Part shown: positions 22,407 to 24,000 of the stretch, one piece after another
Numbering within the stretch: the first letter of the stretch is position 1
Layout of the letters: each line of letters begins with the position of its first letter
Source: Erysipelotrichaceae bacterium
GTDB lineage: Bacteria; Bacillota_I; Bacilli_A; Culicoidibacterales; Culicoidibacteraceae
Reading direction: 5' to 3'
NCBI GenBank assembly: GCA_003864555.1
Contig: BHER01000001.1
Span: forward strand, 1-24,000
Length of the DNA stretch: 24,000 nucleotides
Translations under genes and position numbers: made by a program
Notes under the pieces: model-generated
What the model saw: only the letters and a program-made list of their open reading frames with translations
What the model was told of the DNA's origin: nothing
Database searches by the model: none

Positions 22407-22957
22407 GTAAAAAAATGTATTTAGACCGTTTATGGAGCTGTCTGTCACAGTATGAGGGCGATATTGCCGAGCAAATAGCAAATTATGAAATTATCATTGA
22501 TGAATTACTAGGGGAAGGACTAAGTATGGAGCAAATTGTAGAGCGTCTGGGTACACCCGCTATGCTTGCATCAGAAATAGCTGATGAATTTAACTTTGAA
22601 TATAAGAAAAATGAAGGAATGCCAAAAAATTTAAAAATAGTCCTACTGATCGGGGGAGTTTTTATCTGCCTTCCATTTATTGGGACAATAATTGGATTTC
22701 TGCTTGCTGGACTGGGCATTATTATTGCGTTTTTTATTGGGATGTTAGCACTTATTTTTGGAGCAATTGCCTCAACTATTTTTATTTGGACAGATGCGAC
22801 AACAACAATGCTTTTTAAAACTATTGTGTCACTTACGGGTGGATCTGTGATTATTTTAATCTGCTCACTTTCCTACTTTATGGCAAGAGCGCTATCGAAA
22901 ATCATACAGTACCTCCTATCGGTATGTCGAGAACTTATTAAAAAAATAAAAATATAA
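22403..22957 (+). CDS. DUF1700-family membrane protein
   Basis: 184 aa. The N-terminal helical domain MYLDRLWSCLSQ...EIIIDELLGEGLSMEQIVERLGTPAMLASEI is followed by a hydrophobic Gly/Ile-rich membrane region. The ATGA overlap with the padR stop suggests translational coupling. Confidence 0.75.
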   Translation: MSKKMYLDRLWSCLSQYEGDIAEQIANYEIIIDELLGEGLSMEQIVERLGTPAMLASEIADEFNFEYKKNEGMPKNLKIVLLIGGVFICLPFIGTIIGFLLAGLGIIIAFFIGMLALIFGAIASTIFIWTDATTTMLFKTIVSLTGGSVIILICSLSYFMARALSKIIQYLLSVCRELIKKIKI

Positions 22958-22969
22958 GGAGGAAAAAAG

Positions 22970-23848
22970 ATGAAAAGAAGACAATTAGACAAAAGCATTG
23001 GAATTATGCTTGGAATTAGCTTATCTTTGACCATTATTGGAGGAATGCTCATTGCTTTTATGTTTGTGGGTGGGTTAGTATTTATCGAGGGTACTCCCCA
23101 AAAAAATATGGAGCAGATGGTCACAATTGCAGAAAATTATGAGAATATCGAGACAGTAGAATTAAATATCAGGACAGAAAATGTCCGGATTATACCAAGT
23201 GGAACAAATAACTTAACGATGAAGTATGAAGGTAGTAAAGAGTATAATCTGAAAGAAAAAAATGGAAATCTAGAAATATCAGAAGTAGAATATATGATGT
23301 TGCGTAGCCGTGGATGGAAACTTGGTTGGTTTGCACGAGATGAGGGGATGGAGACGATTGAAATCGGATTGCCATCACAGATAACGGCTCTTAAAATTAA
23401 TGCAGGCGTTGGAACAGTATTACTAGAAAAAATTACAACAAATACATTAGATATTGATGCAGGCGTTGGAACAGTAATACTTAAGGATAGTCAAATTGAT
23501 ACAAGCTTAAACATTAAATCATCAATTGGGAATGTCGAACTTACACGCATTACAGGTGGACCCAAACTTAGTATTGAGGGTGGTGTTGGTGAAGTTTTAG
23601 TGGACGAAATAGGTCCAGTAGAAGCCAAAATCAGTTCAGGTGTTGGACGTATTAAAATTAATCATATGGTAACAGACTATATGGAAATTAATAGTGGGAT
23701 AGGGACAATTGAAATCAATAATTCCAAAATATTAAAATTTAAAAGTGATGATGATTTTCGCCGTGTAGATATCGTAAATAGCGAAGTTTCCGAATATATT
23801 GGGAGGAGCATAACTAATGCAACAGATATTTCGAGAAGGGACAATTGA
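22970..23848 (+). CDS. DUF4097-family protein (LiaG-like putative beta-helix/adhesin domain) with an N-terminal TM anchor
   Basis: 292 aa. TM segment IGIMLGISLSLTIIGGMLIAFMFVGGLVFI. The C-terminal half is built of repeated xGxGxhxh units (AGVGTVLL, AGVGTVIL, SSIGNVEL, GGVGEVLV, SGVGRIKI, SGIGTIEI). Confidence 0.75.
   Translation: MKRRQLDKSIGIMLGISLSLTIIGGMLIAFMFVGGLVFIEGTPQKNMEQMVTIAENYENIETVELNIRTENVRIIPSGTNNLTMKYEGSKEYNLKEKNGNLEISEVEYMMLRSRGWKLGWFARDEGMETIEIGLPSQITALKINAGVGTVLLEKITTNTLDIDAGVGTVILKDSQIDTSLNIKSSIGNVELTRITGGPKLSIEGGVGEVLVDEIGPVEAKISSGVGRIKINHMVTDYMEINSGIGTIEINNSKILKFKSDDDFRRVDIVNSEVSEYIGRSITNATDISRRDN
23400..23476 (+). repeat. Intragenic direct repeat (57-nt period) within the DUF4097 gene
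   Basis: ATGCAGGCGTTGGAACAGTA occurs exactly at 23400-23419 and again at 23457-23476. Both copies encode the AGVGTV repeat unit. Confidence 0.8.
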
Positions 23849-24000
23849 AATATTGCTCCAAATGGCAATATTATATTTCATCGGGTATGCAATTTTATTG
23901 AACTGGTATCCACAAGAACTTAAAAAAAAGCAGCTTGAGAAGTTATTAAGCCTAGCTACAAAAATGGAAGAGAAAATCGGGCTGAAAACAGTGATTGGGG
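23817..24000 (+). CDS. Partial ORF (runs off the window), fourth gene of the PadR module, small membrane protein of unknown function
   Basis: Missing from the ORF track because it has no stop inside the window. ATG 23817 lies 8 nt after GGGAGGAG (23801-23808). There are 61 stop-free codons, MQQIFREGTIEILLQMAILYFIGYAILLNWYPQELKKKQLEKLLSLATKMEEKIGLKTVIG. It overlaps the DUF4097 gene end by 32 nt in another frame. Confidence 0.55.
   Translation, partial: MQQIFREGTIEILLQMAILYFIGYAILLNWYPQELKKKQLEKLLSLATKMEEKIGLKTVIG

Noticed and set aside
1-24000. CRISPR arrays, tRNA/rRNA genes, prophage or recognisable defence, toxin-antitoxin or integrase genes
   Set aside because: I found no regularly spaced 25-40-nt direct repeats, no cloverleaf-like or rRNA-like segments, and no recognisable defence, toxin-antitoxin or integrase genes apart from the IS3 relic. 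This was by-eye inspection only, so tRNAscan, Infernal and CRISPR-finder runs would be the proper check.

Overview
AT-rich chromosomal segment with the hallmarks of a low-GC Gram-positive (Bacillota-type) genome: AGGAGG-type RBSs, TTGACA/TATAAT promoters with TGn extensions, cre boxes, lipobox lipoproteins and some GTG/TTG starts. I support about 23 protein-coding genes and 2 gene relics. I saw no rRNA, tRNA or CRISPR. Order, left to right: GH4 6-phospho-beta-glucosidase. A hypothetical gene translationally coupled to a YwbE-like gene. A GC-richer islet with a lipoprotein gene abutting an IS3-family transposase relic. A decayed zinc-ribbon pseudogene. A nitroreductase. A nine-gene operon (5920-14422). 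A convergent MOP-family flippase. An orphan pflA. A small secreted protein. A MupG-like (DUF871) gene followed by a 730-aa polytopic membrane protein and a cyclophilin lipoprotein. Finally a PadR/DUF1700/DUF4097 module with a fourth gene running off the window. The most interesting element is the nine-gene operon. It is a complete Gram-positive counterpart of the E. coli yhfZYXW-php-yhfUTS gene set, for which I know of no assigned function. It has an extra short amidase-signature-like gene, a cre-overlapped promoter, a stand-alone PRD protein and no kinase or canonical PTS gene. All family assignments come from motif recognition by eye and recalled family knowledge, not from database searches.
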